Source: Candidatus Calditenuis fumarioli (lineage in GTDB: Archaea; Thermoproteota; Nitrososphaeria_A; Caldarchaeales; Calditenuaceae). From it: a DNA stretch of 64,000 bases. Positions 55,519 to 64,000 of the stretch are shown piece by piece. The stretch lies in NCBI GenBank assembly GCA_030059665.1, contig JANVYR010000001.1:320001-384000 (forward strand). The letters are read 5' to 3'. The notes beneath the pieces are model-generated. The model ran no database searches, was not told the origin of the DNA, and saw only the letters and a list, made by a program, of their open reading frames with translations. Position 1 is the first letter of the stretch, and the number at the start of each line of letters is the position of its first letter. The position numbers and the translations under genes are program-made.

Positions 55519-56570
55519 CCGCCCATCGTCATGACCATGACGGCCTTCTGGACGTGGAGCCTGTTCTCCGCCTGCTCGAAGTAGAGCGAGTACTCCTTGT
55601 TGTCGATCACGTCGTCCGTCACCTCCTGGCCCCTGTCCGCAGGTCCGCAGTGCATGTACTTGCCCTTGTTGGTCAGATCCATCAGCTCCTGCGTGCAGAT
55701 CCAGTGCTTGAACTTGTTCTGGTACTCGACGGCGCCCTCCTTGTCGACCTTGCCGTTGTAGGGCGGGAAGAACCCCTTCGGTGACCACGCCTTCGGGTAG
55801 ACGAAGTCGGCTCCCTCGAACGCCTCCCTCATGTCGTGGACTATCTCGAAGCTGCCTCCGTACCGGTCTGCGTTCTCCTTTGCGGCCTTTATCACGTGGT
55901 CCTCGAGCTCGAAGCCCGGCGGGTGTGCCAGGACGACGTCCATTCCGAACATCGTTCCTATCAGCACGCACGATTGAGGCACCGCCAGAGGCTTCAGGCC
56001 TCCGGAGTAGGCATAAGAGACGACGAACTTCTTGCCGCGCGGGTTCGGGGCGACGTCGGTTATCGCCATGATGTCAGCGAGGGCTTGGAAGGGATGGTAG
56101 ACGTCGTCCTCCATGTTGAGGACGGGGATGCTGCTCCACTTGGCGAACTCCCTGACGACCCTGTGACCGCGCCCGATGTGCCACTTGGCCGCGTCGCCGT
56201 AGATCCTGATCGCGATCGCATCGCCGTACCTGCTCAGGACCCTCGCGACGTCGGCTATCGACTCGGTCTGATATGGAACCATGTCCTCGGGGAGCGTCGG
56301 CGTGTAGACGTCCTGGGGGCTGAGGAAGTGCGCGTGTCCTCCCAGCTGGAAGATTCCGGCCTCGAACGAGTTGCGGGTCCGGAGGCTTCGGTTGTAGAAG
56401 AGCATGAAGAGCGTTTTTCCCTGAAGGTACGGCGTTGGAATCCTCGACCTGAACTTCGTCCTGAGGTCCCTGGCAGCCTCCAGGACCTGCTCGATCTCCT
56501 CCCGCGTGAAGTCGTTCGTGTTCAGGAAGTGCCTGCCCCTCAGGAGGCCTGCGTACCTGGGCAGCTCCAT
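55515..56570 (-). CDS. YgeW-like carbamoyltransferase
   Basis: SLRTRNSF, HPFQALAD, AYSGGLKPLAVPQS, ADFVYPKAWSP, YMHCGPADRG. Start at ATG 56570. Confidence 0.8.
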   Translation of the reverse strand: MELPRYAGLLRGRHFLNTNDFTREEIEQVLEAARDLRTKFRSRIPTPYLQGKTLFMLFYNRSLRTRNSFEAGIFQLGGHAHFLSPQDVYTPTLPEDMVPYQTESIADVARVLSRYGDAIAIRIYGDAAKWHIGRGHRVVREFAKWSSIPVLNMEDDVYHPFQALADIMAITDVAPNPRGKKFVVSYAYSGGLKPLAVPQSCVLIGTMFGMDVVLAHPPGFELEDHVIKAAKENADRYGGSFEIVHDMREAFEGADFVYPKAWSPKGFFPPYNGKVDKEGAVEYQNKFKHWICTQELMDLTNKGKYMHCGPADRGQEVTDDVIDNKEYSLYFEQAENRLHVQKAVMVMTMGG

Positions 56571-56662
56571 TTCGTGCTCATCCGTTTTCACCGACCTAAA
56601 AACGCATTCCGGCAGGGAGGTGATGGAAAAGTTATGCATAAGCCATGCTTTAGCCCACCGGG

Positions 56663-57082
56663 ATGTTCAGGAGGCGGAGGTCGATCTTCGACCTGATGAG
56701 GGAGCTGGAGGAGGAGATGGAGAGGGAGATCGAGTACTTCCTCATGGAGCTGAAGCACGACGAGCTGGCAGGCCAGTGCCTCCAGCCCCTTTACGACCTG
56801 AGGGAGACCGATGAGGAGATCGTGGTGACCATCGACCTTCCGGGAGCGAGGAAGGAGGACATAGACCTGAGGCTCTCGGAGGACCACCTCTCGCTCTACG
56901 CTCCGATAAGCTACGGCGTGAGGGTCAGCAGGAGCTACACGAGGGGAGCGACGTGCTACAGGCTTCACCTGGAGCTGCCGGAACCGGTCAGCGTCGACTC
57001 GACCGTCAGCACGTACAGGAACGGCGTCCTCGAGGTGAAGATGCGTAAGAAGCGGACCGGATACAGGATCCCTATCGAGTGA
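56663..57082 (+). CDS. Small heat-shock protein (Hsp20)
   Basis: PLYDLRET, DLPG..KEDI, YRNGVLEV. Confidence 0.88.
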   Translation: MFRRRRSIFDLMRELEEEMEREIEYFLMELKHDELAGQCLQPLYDLRETDEEIVVTIDLPGARKEDIDLRLSEDHLSLYAPISYGVRVSRSYTRGATCYRLHLELPEPVSVDSTVSTYRNGVLEVKMRKKRTGYRIPIE

Positions 57083-57728
57083 GGCTCGGACCCCAGATCC
57101 TTTTCAGCAGTTTCAGACCAGCTCCGAGGGCACCGGCCTCCGCCTTGCCGTACGTTGAGGCGCCGGCGATGATGATGCAGTCCCCATCAACGGGCCTCGT
57201 GGTTTCGTTCACACGGTGCGAGAAGTCAGGGTAACTGGTGGAGAGGTCCTCCAGCTCCGGCATCAGGAGCCTCCCCGTCTCATAGGTCAGGACCATTGCG
57301 GCCTCGGCGCCGTGCCTCACCGCTTCGTCCCTCTCCTCTAGACCGCTCCCCACGAACCGCGCGCCGTTCCTGACCGAGACGCCCACGCTGTGCGGGTATC
57401 GCCAGACGCCTCTCAGATCCAGCCTCACGGGGCCTGCGACGTGCTCCGAGAGCGCTGACAAAAACTCCTCGCCGGTCTTGGTGAGCGTGCAACCCGACCT
57501 GATCACTTGGACCAGCCCCATGAGCGCGAGCTTCCTGACGAGAGACCTGACCGATCCCTCGCCGATCCCCAACTCCTCGCTCATCGCCGCCCTGCTCACC
57601 AGCCCAACCCGCCTGATCAGGAGAAGGGCCCTGAGGACGTCGAGCGTGCTGTAGCTCGGCCTCGCCCCTTTCCTCTGAACGGCCTGCTCATCGAGGAGGA
57701 GCGAGATCAGTATGCTGGGAGGTTGCAT
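57072..57728 (-). CDS. Winged-helix protein (DUF4443-like C-terminus)
   Basis: SRAAMSEELGIGEGSVRSL; GLEERDEAVRHGA. Confidence 0.7.
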   Translation of the reverse strand: MQPPSILISLLLDEQAVQRKGARPSYSTLDVLRALLLIRRVGLVSRAAMSEELGIGEGSVRSLVRKLALMGLVQVIRSGCTLTKTGEEFLSALSEHVAGPVRLDLRGVWRYPHSVGVSVRNGARFVGSGLEERDEAVRHGAEAAMVLTYETGRLLMPELEDLSTSYPDFSHRVNETTRPVDGDCIIIAGASTYGKAEAGALGAGLKLLKRIWGPSLTR

Positions 57729-57806
57729 GAGCCGTTATAATGTACTGCCCTTCCCACCCTTAAGCGTGCCGTTTAGGCCAATGCCTAAACCCTCATCCTC
57801 AAGGGC

Positions 57807-58340
57807 CTATACGAGGGTCACAACGGGCTCGATCGGGGTCCGGAGGCTGTAGATCGCCGGGCACCTCTCCTTCGCTTCTTCGATCAGCTGAACGATCCCG
57901 TCCCTCGGAAGGTCCGCCTCGATCCGGAGGTCGAACCTCACGCTCCTGACGATGGGTTGGTCCCCCAAACCGAGGGGCTTCCTGAAGTCGAGCTCGCAGG
58001 AGGCCCTGACCTCGGCCGTCTTGAGTTTGATGCCGCGCTCCGTGGCGACGCCCACCAGCGTCGAGAGGAAGCAGGAGGCCATGCCCACCAGGCAGTAGTG
58101 CATGGGACCGGGCCTGTTCCCTCCGCCGCCCATGAAGCCGGGCGAGTCGACCTCGAGCGTGAAGCTTCCCCTCTCCGACCTGCAGGTGGCCACGAACTGG
58201 TACTCGACGGGGCCGCAGCTCCTCTCCTCGGTCATCCAGTAACCCTCGATCTGGACGGTCCTGATCGCCTTGCTCGGGTCGGCCCTGATCTCCTCCATCG
58301 TTTTTCCCACCTTCTCGAGGTCGACGTTGTTGAGCCTCAC
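57807..58340 (-). CDS. OsmC-family protein
   Basis: GGGNRPGPM..CL..MASC and ERCP two-Cys pattern. Start at GTG 58340. Confidence 0.85.
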   Translation of the reverse strand: MRLNNVDLEKVGKTMEEIRADPSKAIRTVQIEGYWMTEERSCGPVEYQFVATCRSERGSFTLEVDSPGFMGGGGNRPGPMHYCLVGMASCFLSTLVGVATERGIKLKTAEVRASCELDFRKPLGLGDQPIVRSVRFDLRIEADLPRDGIVQLIEEAKERCPAIYSLRTPIEPVVTLV

Positions 58341-58433
58341 GCCACCGGAGACCCCCAACCCCGATTTATCCTTTGACCGACAACCGGCTCGCCACCGGCT
58401 AAGCGAAATTACGGAGCGCGATTCCCTCAGATC

Positions 58434-58493
58434 GGGCCGATGATGAGGGATCACCCGTCCGATCGGTGAGGCCAAGGGGGTCATCTGAGGCTC
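58434..58493 (+). ncRNA. Candidate C/D-box guide sRNA
   Basis: C box ATGATGA 58440-58446, 12-nt guide, D' CCGA 58459-58462, C'-like GTGAGG, 13-nt guide, D box CTGA 58485-58488, terminal stem GGGCC/GGCTC. Confidence 0.7.
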
Positions 58494-58560
58494 CTGTCAG
58501 CACCACCGCAGGCACACCCCTGATCCGTTTTTATGGGGCGGGTTCGGTGCAGCCGGAGGA

Positions 58561-60093
58561 ATGGCGAGCAGCGCAGGTCACGGCCGCCTTGCCCTTCACC
58601 CGATGGAGAGGTCGGTCCTCAAAGCTCTGGTCCGGAGGGGAAGGGCTAGCTTCACGGAGCTCGCGCAGGAGCTGCAGCTGAAGGTCGACGCTGTGGCTAA
58701 GGCCGCGGAGCGGCTCCAGATGAAGGGCCTCGCGAAAGTGGAGGAGGTCGTACTGGACAGGGTCGCGCAGCTGAGCGAGGAGGGCGCCGAGTACGCAGAG
58801 CGCGGCCTACCGGAGCGGAGGCTTGTCGACGAACTCCGGGCGAGGGGAGGGAGAGCTGACCTCGAAGAGCTGAAGCGCGCCCTCGGAGAGAACGTGGTCC
58901 AGATCGGCATCATTTGGGCGAAGAAGTCCGGATGGATAGAGATCAGCAGGTCCGACGGCAGAACCGTCCTCAACCTCGTGAACTACCCCGAGTCGCCGAC
59001 GGAGGAGGAGCTGGTCCTGAGGTTCCTCGCGGACGGTCCGAAGCGGCTGAGCGAGCTCGGTCCCTACTCTGAAGCCTGCGAGCGCCTATCCCGAAGGGCT
59101 GGGCTGGTGCTCATCAGGGAGGTGAGGGAGCACGTGCTCTCGCCCACCGAGACGGCCCTCTCGCTCTACGGAGAGCTGGAGGAGGTGACGGAGGTGAGCC
59201 AGCTGACGCCCGAGCTCCTCAAGACCGGACGCTGGCGGGAGGTCAGGCTTGCACGTTACGACGTGTACGCACCGGTGAAGCCGGTCTTCGCGGCCAGGGA
59301 GCACCCCCTCAGCGCGCTCATCCGGAGGGTCAGGGAGGCCTTCGTCGAGCTCGGGTTCCAGGAGGTGAAGGGGCCGCTGGTCGAGCTGGCCTTCTGGAAC
59401 TTCGACGCCCTCTTCCAGCCGCAGGACCATCCTGCGAGGGAGATGCATGACACGTTCTACCTCGCCCGGCCGAGCAGAGGCAGGATCCCCGAGGAGCTGG
59501 CGGAGTGCGTGAGGGCTGCCCACGAGAACGGAGCGGGGACCGGTTCGAAGGGGTGGCGGTACAGGTGGAGCGCGGAGGAGGCGAGCAAACTCATCCTCAG
59601 GACCCACACCACCGCGACCACCATCAGGTACCTCGCAGACCACCGGGAACCGCCGGTGAAGGTCTTCTCGGTCGACAGGATCTTCAGGAACGAGAGGGTC
59701 AACTGGAAGAGGCTGGCCGAGTTCCACCAGATCGAGGGGATCCTTATGGACAGGGGAGTCGGGCTGAGGCACCTGATGGGCGTCATACGTGAGTTCTACT
59801 CGAGGCTCGGGCTGAGGGACGTCCGGTTCAGGCCCAGCTACTTCCCTTACACGGAGCCCTCGGCTGAGGTGGACGTCTACCTCAAGGACCTCGGCAGGTG
59901 GGTTGAGCTGGGTGGGATGGGGGTGTTCAGGCCCGAGGTGACCAGGCCGCTCGGCGTAGTCCACCCTGTACTGGCATGGGGTCTGGGGCTGGAGAGGCTC
60001 GCGATCATCATCTACGGCGTCGAGGACATCAGGGAGCTGTACCGGAACGACCTGAGCTGGATTCGCTCCGTCGACCCGTTCGCGTGGAGGTGA
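58561..60093 (+). CDS. pheS: Phenylalanine-tRNA ligase alpha subunit
   Basis: FWNFDALFQPQDHPAREMHDTFY, LRTHTT, EFHQIEG, YFPYTEPS, LAWGLGLERL. Confidence 0.97.
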   Translation: MASSAGHGRLALHPMERSVLKALVRRGRASFTELAQELQLKVDAVAKAAERLQMKGLAKVEEVVLDRVAQLSEEGAEYAERGLPERRLVDELRARGGRADLEELKRALGENVVQIGIIWAKKSGWIEISRSDGRTVLNLVNYPESPTEEELVLRFLADGPKRLSELGPYSEACERLSRRAGLVLIREVREHVLSPTETALSLYGELEEVTEVSQLTPELLKTGRWREVRLARYDVYAPVKPVFAAREHPLSALIRRVREAFVELGFQEVKGPLVELAFWNFDALFQPQDHPAREMHDTFYLARPSRGRIPEELAECVRAAHENGAGTGSKGWRYRWSAEEASKLILRTHTTATTIRYLADHREPPVKVFSVDRIFRNERVNWKRLAEFHQIEGILMDRGVGLRHLMGVIREFYSRLGLRDVRFRPSYFPYTEPSAEVDVYLKDLGRWVELGGMGVFRPEVTRPLGVVHPVLAWGLGLERLAIIIYGVEDIRELYRNDLSWIRSVDPFAWR

Positions 60094-60099
60094 TCGTCT

Positions 60100-61758
60100 A
60101 CGCCAGCGATCCTCGTGAGACCAGAGCGGATCTCCAAGTTCCTCGGACGCGAGATCGGAGCCGACCAGCTATCCGAGCTGCTCGCGAGGCTCGGGATCTC
60201 GGTGGACGAGGTCACAGGGGAGGGCATCAAGGCGGAGTACAACCCGAACAGGCCGGACTTCTCGTCGCACGCCGGAATCGCCAGAGCGCTGAAGGGACTG
60301 CTGGGGATCGAGCTGGGCCCACCCAGGGTGACCTGCAGGCGTTCGGGCTGGAGGGTGATCGTCGACGGGAGCGTGAAGCGCGTCAGGCCGTACGTCGTCG
60401 CGGGGCTGGTGAGGGGCCTCAGGCTCGACGAGCAGGACATCGCGGAGCTCATCGCGATGCAGGAGGACCTCCACTGGGTCCTCGGGAGGGACAGGAAGAA
60501 GGTGGCCATAGGGCTCCACGACGCCTCCAAGGTCAGACCCCCGATCAGGTACCTCGCACGGCCACTGAGCGAGGTGAGGTTCGTGCCCCTCCACGAGTCC
60601 TTCCCCATGACGGCCGAGGAGATACTCGAGAGGCTCGAGACGGGCCGAAAGTACGCCCACCTGGTGAGGCCTCACGGCCTTGCGCCGCTGCTGGTCGACG
60701 CCAAGGGAGACGTACTGTCATTCCCGCCGGTGATCAACTCGTCGCTGACCGAAGTGACCACCTCGACCTCAGACGTCTTCATCGACGTGACCGGCACCGA
60801 TCCGGAGGCGATATCGAGGGCCCTGAACGTCCTCGTCTACGCATTGCACGACATGGGAGGGAGACTCTACTCGGTCGAGGTGATGGACGGCAGGAGGAGG
60901 TCGAGGACCCCTGACCTGAGGTCGGAGAGGTGGAGGGTCGATCTTCGGACGGTGAACGAGGTGCTGGGGGTTGCGCTGAGCGAGCGCGAGGCCGTCAGGG
61001 CGTTGAGGATGATGCGACTCGGCGCGAGGCTTCGCGGCAAAGGGTCGATCGAGGTGGACGTGCCTCCGTACAGGGCCGATGTGCTTCACCCGGTGGACTT
61101 CGCGGAGGAGGTCTTCATCGCCATGCAGGAGAAGGTGGTTCCCGAGTTCCCCGGCACCCTAACCTTCGGAGGACTGCTGTCAGAAACGAGGGCCGCGGAC
61201 GCGATCAGGTCCGCCTTCATCGGGCTGGGTTTCACCGAGGCCTTCAACACCGTTCTGAGCAACTACAGGAGGGACTACGTGGCGCTCTCGATATCCGACC
61301 CTGAGCCAGTCAGGATCCTCAACCCCGTATCGGCCGAGTACGACATCCTAAGGACGATGCTGCTGCCGGGGCTGCTCTCGACGCTCGCAGCGAACAAGCA
61401 CAACCCCTACCCGCAGAGGTTCTTCGAGGTGGGCGACGTGGTGCTGCACGATCCTTCAGCGCCGGAGATGGCGAGGAGGGTCCTGAGGGCCGCGTGCGTG
61501 ACCTCCCACTCCTCCGCCTCCTACTCCGAGATCAAGGCCGTCTACGAGGAGTTCTCTCGATACGTCAAGAGGCAGATCTCGGCCGTCGAGCGCGATTACC
61601 CGTTCATGATCCCTGGAAGGTCGGTCTCTTTGGTCTACAACGGAAGGGAGATAGGGCTTGCGGGCGAGGTCCACCCTGCGGTGCTCGAATCATTCGGGCT
61701 GGAGATGCCGGTCGCGGCGATGGAGATTGACCTTCAAGCCCTCGGCCTCTGGAGCTGA
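60100..61758 (+). CDS. pheT: Phenylalanine-tRNA ligase beta subunit (probable ACG start at 60100; first standard start is GTG 60115)
   Basis: NPNRPD, MQEDLH..LGRDRKKVAIGLHD, PPYRADVLH.VD, LRTMLLPGLL, GEVHP. Confidence 0.93.
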   Translation, partial: TPAILVRPERISKFLGREIGADQLSELLARLGISVDEVTGEGIKAEYNPNRPDFSSHAGIARALKGLLGIELGPPRVTCRRSGWRVIVDGSVKRVRPYVVAGLVRGLRLDEQDIAELIAMQEDLHWVLGRDRKKVAIGLHDASKVRPPIRYLARPLSEVRFVPLHESFPMTAEEILERLETGRKYAHLVRPHGLAPLLVDAKGDVLSFPPVINSSLTEVTTSTSDVFIDVTGTDPEAISRALNVLVYALHDMGGRLYSVEVMDGRRRSRTPDLRSERWRVDLRTVNEVLGVALSEREAVRALRMMRLGARLRGKGSIEVDVPPYRADVLHPVDFAEEVFIAMQEKVVPEFPGTLTFGGLLSETRAADAIRSAFIGLGFTEAFNTVLSNYRRDYVALSISDPEPVRILNPVSAEYDILRTMLLPGLLSTLAANKHNPYPQRFFEVGDVVLHDPSAPEMARRVLRAACVTSHSSASYSEIKAVYEEFSRYVKRQISAVERDYPFMIPGRSVSLVYNGREIGLAGEVHPAVLESFGLEMPVAAMEIDLQALGLWS

Positions 61759-61769
61759 ACGGCCACTTA

Positions 61770-62198
61770 TCACCGGCCGGCCATCAACCTCCTGTGCTCC
61801 TTCATCATGCACCTGTTCCATACGATCGTGATGCCCCTCGACCTCGCCAGCCCGACGGCGTCCGGGTGGTAGATCCCCTCCTGCAGCCAGATGACCTTCG
61901 GCCTCAGCTCAACGGCCTCCTTCACCACCTCCGGAACCGCCTCGGAGGGCCTGAAGACGTCTACAATGTCCACGGGCCCAGGCACTTCTTTGAGGCTTTT
62001 GTAGACTTTCAGACCGAGGATCTCCTCCGCGGTCGGGTTGACGGGGACGATCTCGTAACCGTGCTCGAGCAGGTACTTCGGAACGTAGTGCGCCGGCTTC
62101 GCTGGATCGCGCGACATCCCCACAACCGCTATTCGCTTCATCAAAAGTATCCGCCTGATCTCCTCGTCGGAGAGGCCGTCGTGCGGGATGGGCTCCAC
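61770..62198 (-). CDS. CoA-binding protein (YccU-like)
   Basis: IAVVGMS.DP.KP, IVPVNP, VDVFRP, WLQEG, WNRCM. Confidence 0.92.
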   Translation of the reverse strand: MEPIPHDGLSDEEIRRILLMKRIAVVGMSRDPAKPAHYVPKYLLEHGYEIVPVNPTAEEILGLKVYKSLKEVPGPVDIVDVFRPSEAVPEVVKEAVELRPKVIWLQEGIYHPDAVGLARSRGITIVWNRCMMKEHRRLMAGR

Positions 62199-62401
62199 AC
62201 CCGCAGCCGCGTCTGGCCACTGATATCCTTATTCCGATGACGCCGGGCTGACGGCGCTTACGCGGCCGTTTACCGACCGATCCGACCGATTCGGGATGTC
62301 TGTGTGCCGCGTGCGCAGATATACCACCCTTTCGTTGTAATCGCGTGGTGGAACCGTTCGAGGACCCGCTGGTGAGGAGGTTAAGGGGCCCGTCTCCGGT
62401 G

Positions 62402-62518
62402 ATGCCATCGGACATAGAGATGATCCTGAGGGAGCTGATCGAGCTGAAGCGTGAGGTCAAGATGATCCGGAGGGCCCTCGAGAAGCACGGTATCAAGATA
62501 GAGGAGGGAGGTCCCTGA
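62402..62518 (+). CDS. 38-aa small coiled-coil protein
   Basis: MPSDIEMILRELIELKREVKMIRRALEKHGIKIEEGGP; host codon usage; GGTG upstream of the ATG. Confidence 0.5.
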   Translation: MPSDIEMILRELIELKREVKMIRRALEKHGIKIEEGGP

Positions 62519-63053
62519 AGAGCTGGGTCAGGACCGGCCTGAGGGCTCTGGCGACCCCAATCGTCAGCTCCACGTCCTCCTTGCAGTGCCTGAGGATCCG
62601 CGAGAGCTCCCTGCCCTTCCCGAGCAGGGCCCGCTCGTAGAGCATCGGCACGTCGGCGCCGAGGGTCTCCTCTACCCTCCTGAGGCCGAGGAACCTGACG
62701 ACGTTCCATAGCGATGTGTTGCTAAGCCTCAGCTCCTTCTCCACCACCGTCGCGAGGTCCACATGTCTCGGAGCGTAGATCGGAGACGGATCCACCCTCA
62801 GCTTGATGCACCTGGTGACCAACCACGGCACGTCGAACGAGGAGCCTCGCCACGTGAAGAGAACGTGCGATCTGCCGATCCGCTTCAGCAAAGCCTCCAC
62901 CACCTGCCTCTCCTGCTCGGGCCTCCTAACGAGGAAGCTCCTGAGGCGGCCGGTCCAGAAGTCACCGATCACGGCGCAGACCAGGTGGCCGGTGTCCGCG
63001 TGAAGCGAGGTCGTCTCGATGTCGAGCGCTATCACGTCAGGTTTGGGCCTCAC
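62493..63053 (-). CDS. RNase H-like (YprB-type) DEDD exonuclease domain protein
   Basis: ALDIETT, F..RGSSFDVP, HVDL, HCKEDVELT. Confidence 0.85.
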   Translation of the reverse strand: MRPKPDVIALDIETTSLHADTGHLVCAVIGDFWTGRLRSFLVRRPEQERQVVEALLKRIGRSHVLFTWRGSSFDVPWLVTRCIKLRVDPSPIYAPRHVDLATVVEKELRLSNTSLWNVVRFLGLRRVEETLGADVPMLYERALLGKGRELSRILRHCKEDVELTIGVARALRPVLTQLFRDLPPLS

Positions 63054-63151
63054 GCCTCCAGGGATGGATCGAGCGACGGATAAGGAGATCCATCAGTAGG
63101 CCGATACGGGTCGATCGAGGGGGTAGGAATCTATGCTCGATCGGCCAGAAG

Positions 63152-64000
63152 TCAGGCCAGCCGCTTGATCCCCTCGAATGTCGAGACCTTCACGTTCGGA
63201 GGAACCTCCAGGGGGTCCGAGAGCCTCGCACCGATCAGGTAGTAGGTGCCACCACGATCCCTCAGGAGGTCCAGCAGCCTCTGCGTCACCACGCCGTCAA
63301 AGACCACGTACCTCACCTCGTCGCCCGCCGATAGCCGCTGGTAAAGCTCGCTGACCGGGACCCGGAACACCTCCCGCATGTCCTCGGTGAGGCCCACCGC
63401 GATCAGGTTCCCCTCGACCTCCTCCACGAGCTTCCCGATCAGCTCACGCTGCCCCTCCTCGACCGGCGGCTGCTCACGCTCGACATGGGCACCGATCCTC
63501 TTGAGGGCCTCCTGCAACGGAACCGCGGAGGCGAGCGCCTCAGCCACCTCCTTCATGCTCAGCTCCTCAACCTCCCTGCCGTGCGGCGCCCTCGCCACGA
63601 GGTCGATCCTGACGCGCCTCGCCAGCTCCCTGAGGATCATGTCACCGCCCCTGTCGCCGTCTAGGAACGCGATCACCTTCTTCTTCCTCGCGAGGAGCTC
63701 CTCGAGCGAGTAGGGTATCTTGACGCCCTCGATGCCGATGACGTTCGTGTAACCGTACCTCAGGAGGTTGATCACGTCGGCCCTGCCCTCGACCAGAATC
63801 ACCTCCTCAGAGCTGAGGGCATCTGGCCCCGCGGGGAGGTTGTCAGGACCGACGTTCACAACGCGGGCCCTAACGACGGACTCCTCCAGCTCCTTCAGCG
63901 CCTCGTCCACCTCCGGGACGCGCTTCTTCTCCCACTCCAAGAGTATCGCCCTGGCCCTCTCGATGATCCTCTTCCTCTTCTCCGCCCTGACGTCCTCGAT
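63152..64000 (-). CDS. dnaG: Archaeal DnaG-type primase (TOPRIM), 5' end outside window
   Basis: ILVEGRADVINL, FLDGDRGG, ARAPHGREVEEL, FDGVVTQRLLD; frame is open to the window end. Confidence 0.95.
   Translation of the reverse strand: MEDVRAEKRKRIIERARAILLEWEKKRVPEVDEALKELEESVVRARVVNVGPDNLPAGPDALSSEEVILVEGRADVINLLRYGYTNVIGIEGVKIPYSLEELLARKKKVIAFLDGDRGGDMILRELARRVRIDLVARAPHGREVEELSMKEVAEALASAVPLQEALKRIGAHVEREQPPVEEGQRELIGKLVEEVEGNLIAVGLTEDMREVFRVPVSELYQRLSAGDEVRYVVFDGVVTQRLLDLLRDRGGTYYLIGARLSDPLEVPPNVKVSTFEGIKRLA

Noticed and set aside
62230-62295. Possible C/D-box sRNA (GATGA...CTGA...CCGA)
   Set aside because: The first guide is only 7 nt and there is no C' box or terminal stem.

Overview
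High-GC archaeal chromosomal window. Archaeal r-proteins (S4, S13, S17e), RadA, prefoldin, PriS, DnaG, IDI-2, SMC-ScpAB and an intron-bearing tRNA fit a probably thermophilic TACK-type archaeon; the lineage is inferred, not proven. Most of the window is housekeeping or metabolic: fixABCX, nep1, trpS, split metE, ECF transporter, thr/lys genes, condensin operon, pheST. Four regions stand out. (1) An island of about 11 kb (~4.76-15.83 kb) with atypical codon usage and no tyrosine or serine integrase. It carries an IS110-like recombinase translationally coupled to an island operon, hairpin-dense GC-rich intergenic blocks, a VirB2/CedA1-like pilin, an N-terminally extended primase large subunit, an XPD helicase, a HerA/VirB4-like ATPase apparently joined by a -1 frameshift to a multi-zinc-finger domain, and a divergent PCNA. 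(2) Gene-fragment scars flanking the island and elsewhere, including an exact but rearranged copy of part of the adenine deaminase gene 44 kb away. (3) An orphan CRISPR array (17 repeats, one duplicated spacer) next to two tRNAs. (4) An archaeal cluster of ade, hydantoinase, SsnA, a YgeW-like carbamoyltransferase and an LLM reductase, resembling bacterial anaerobic purine/urate degradation. A C/D-box sRNA candidate and a probable ACG start for pheT were also seen. All calls come from motif recognition by eye; no database searches or folding programs were run.
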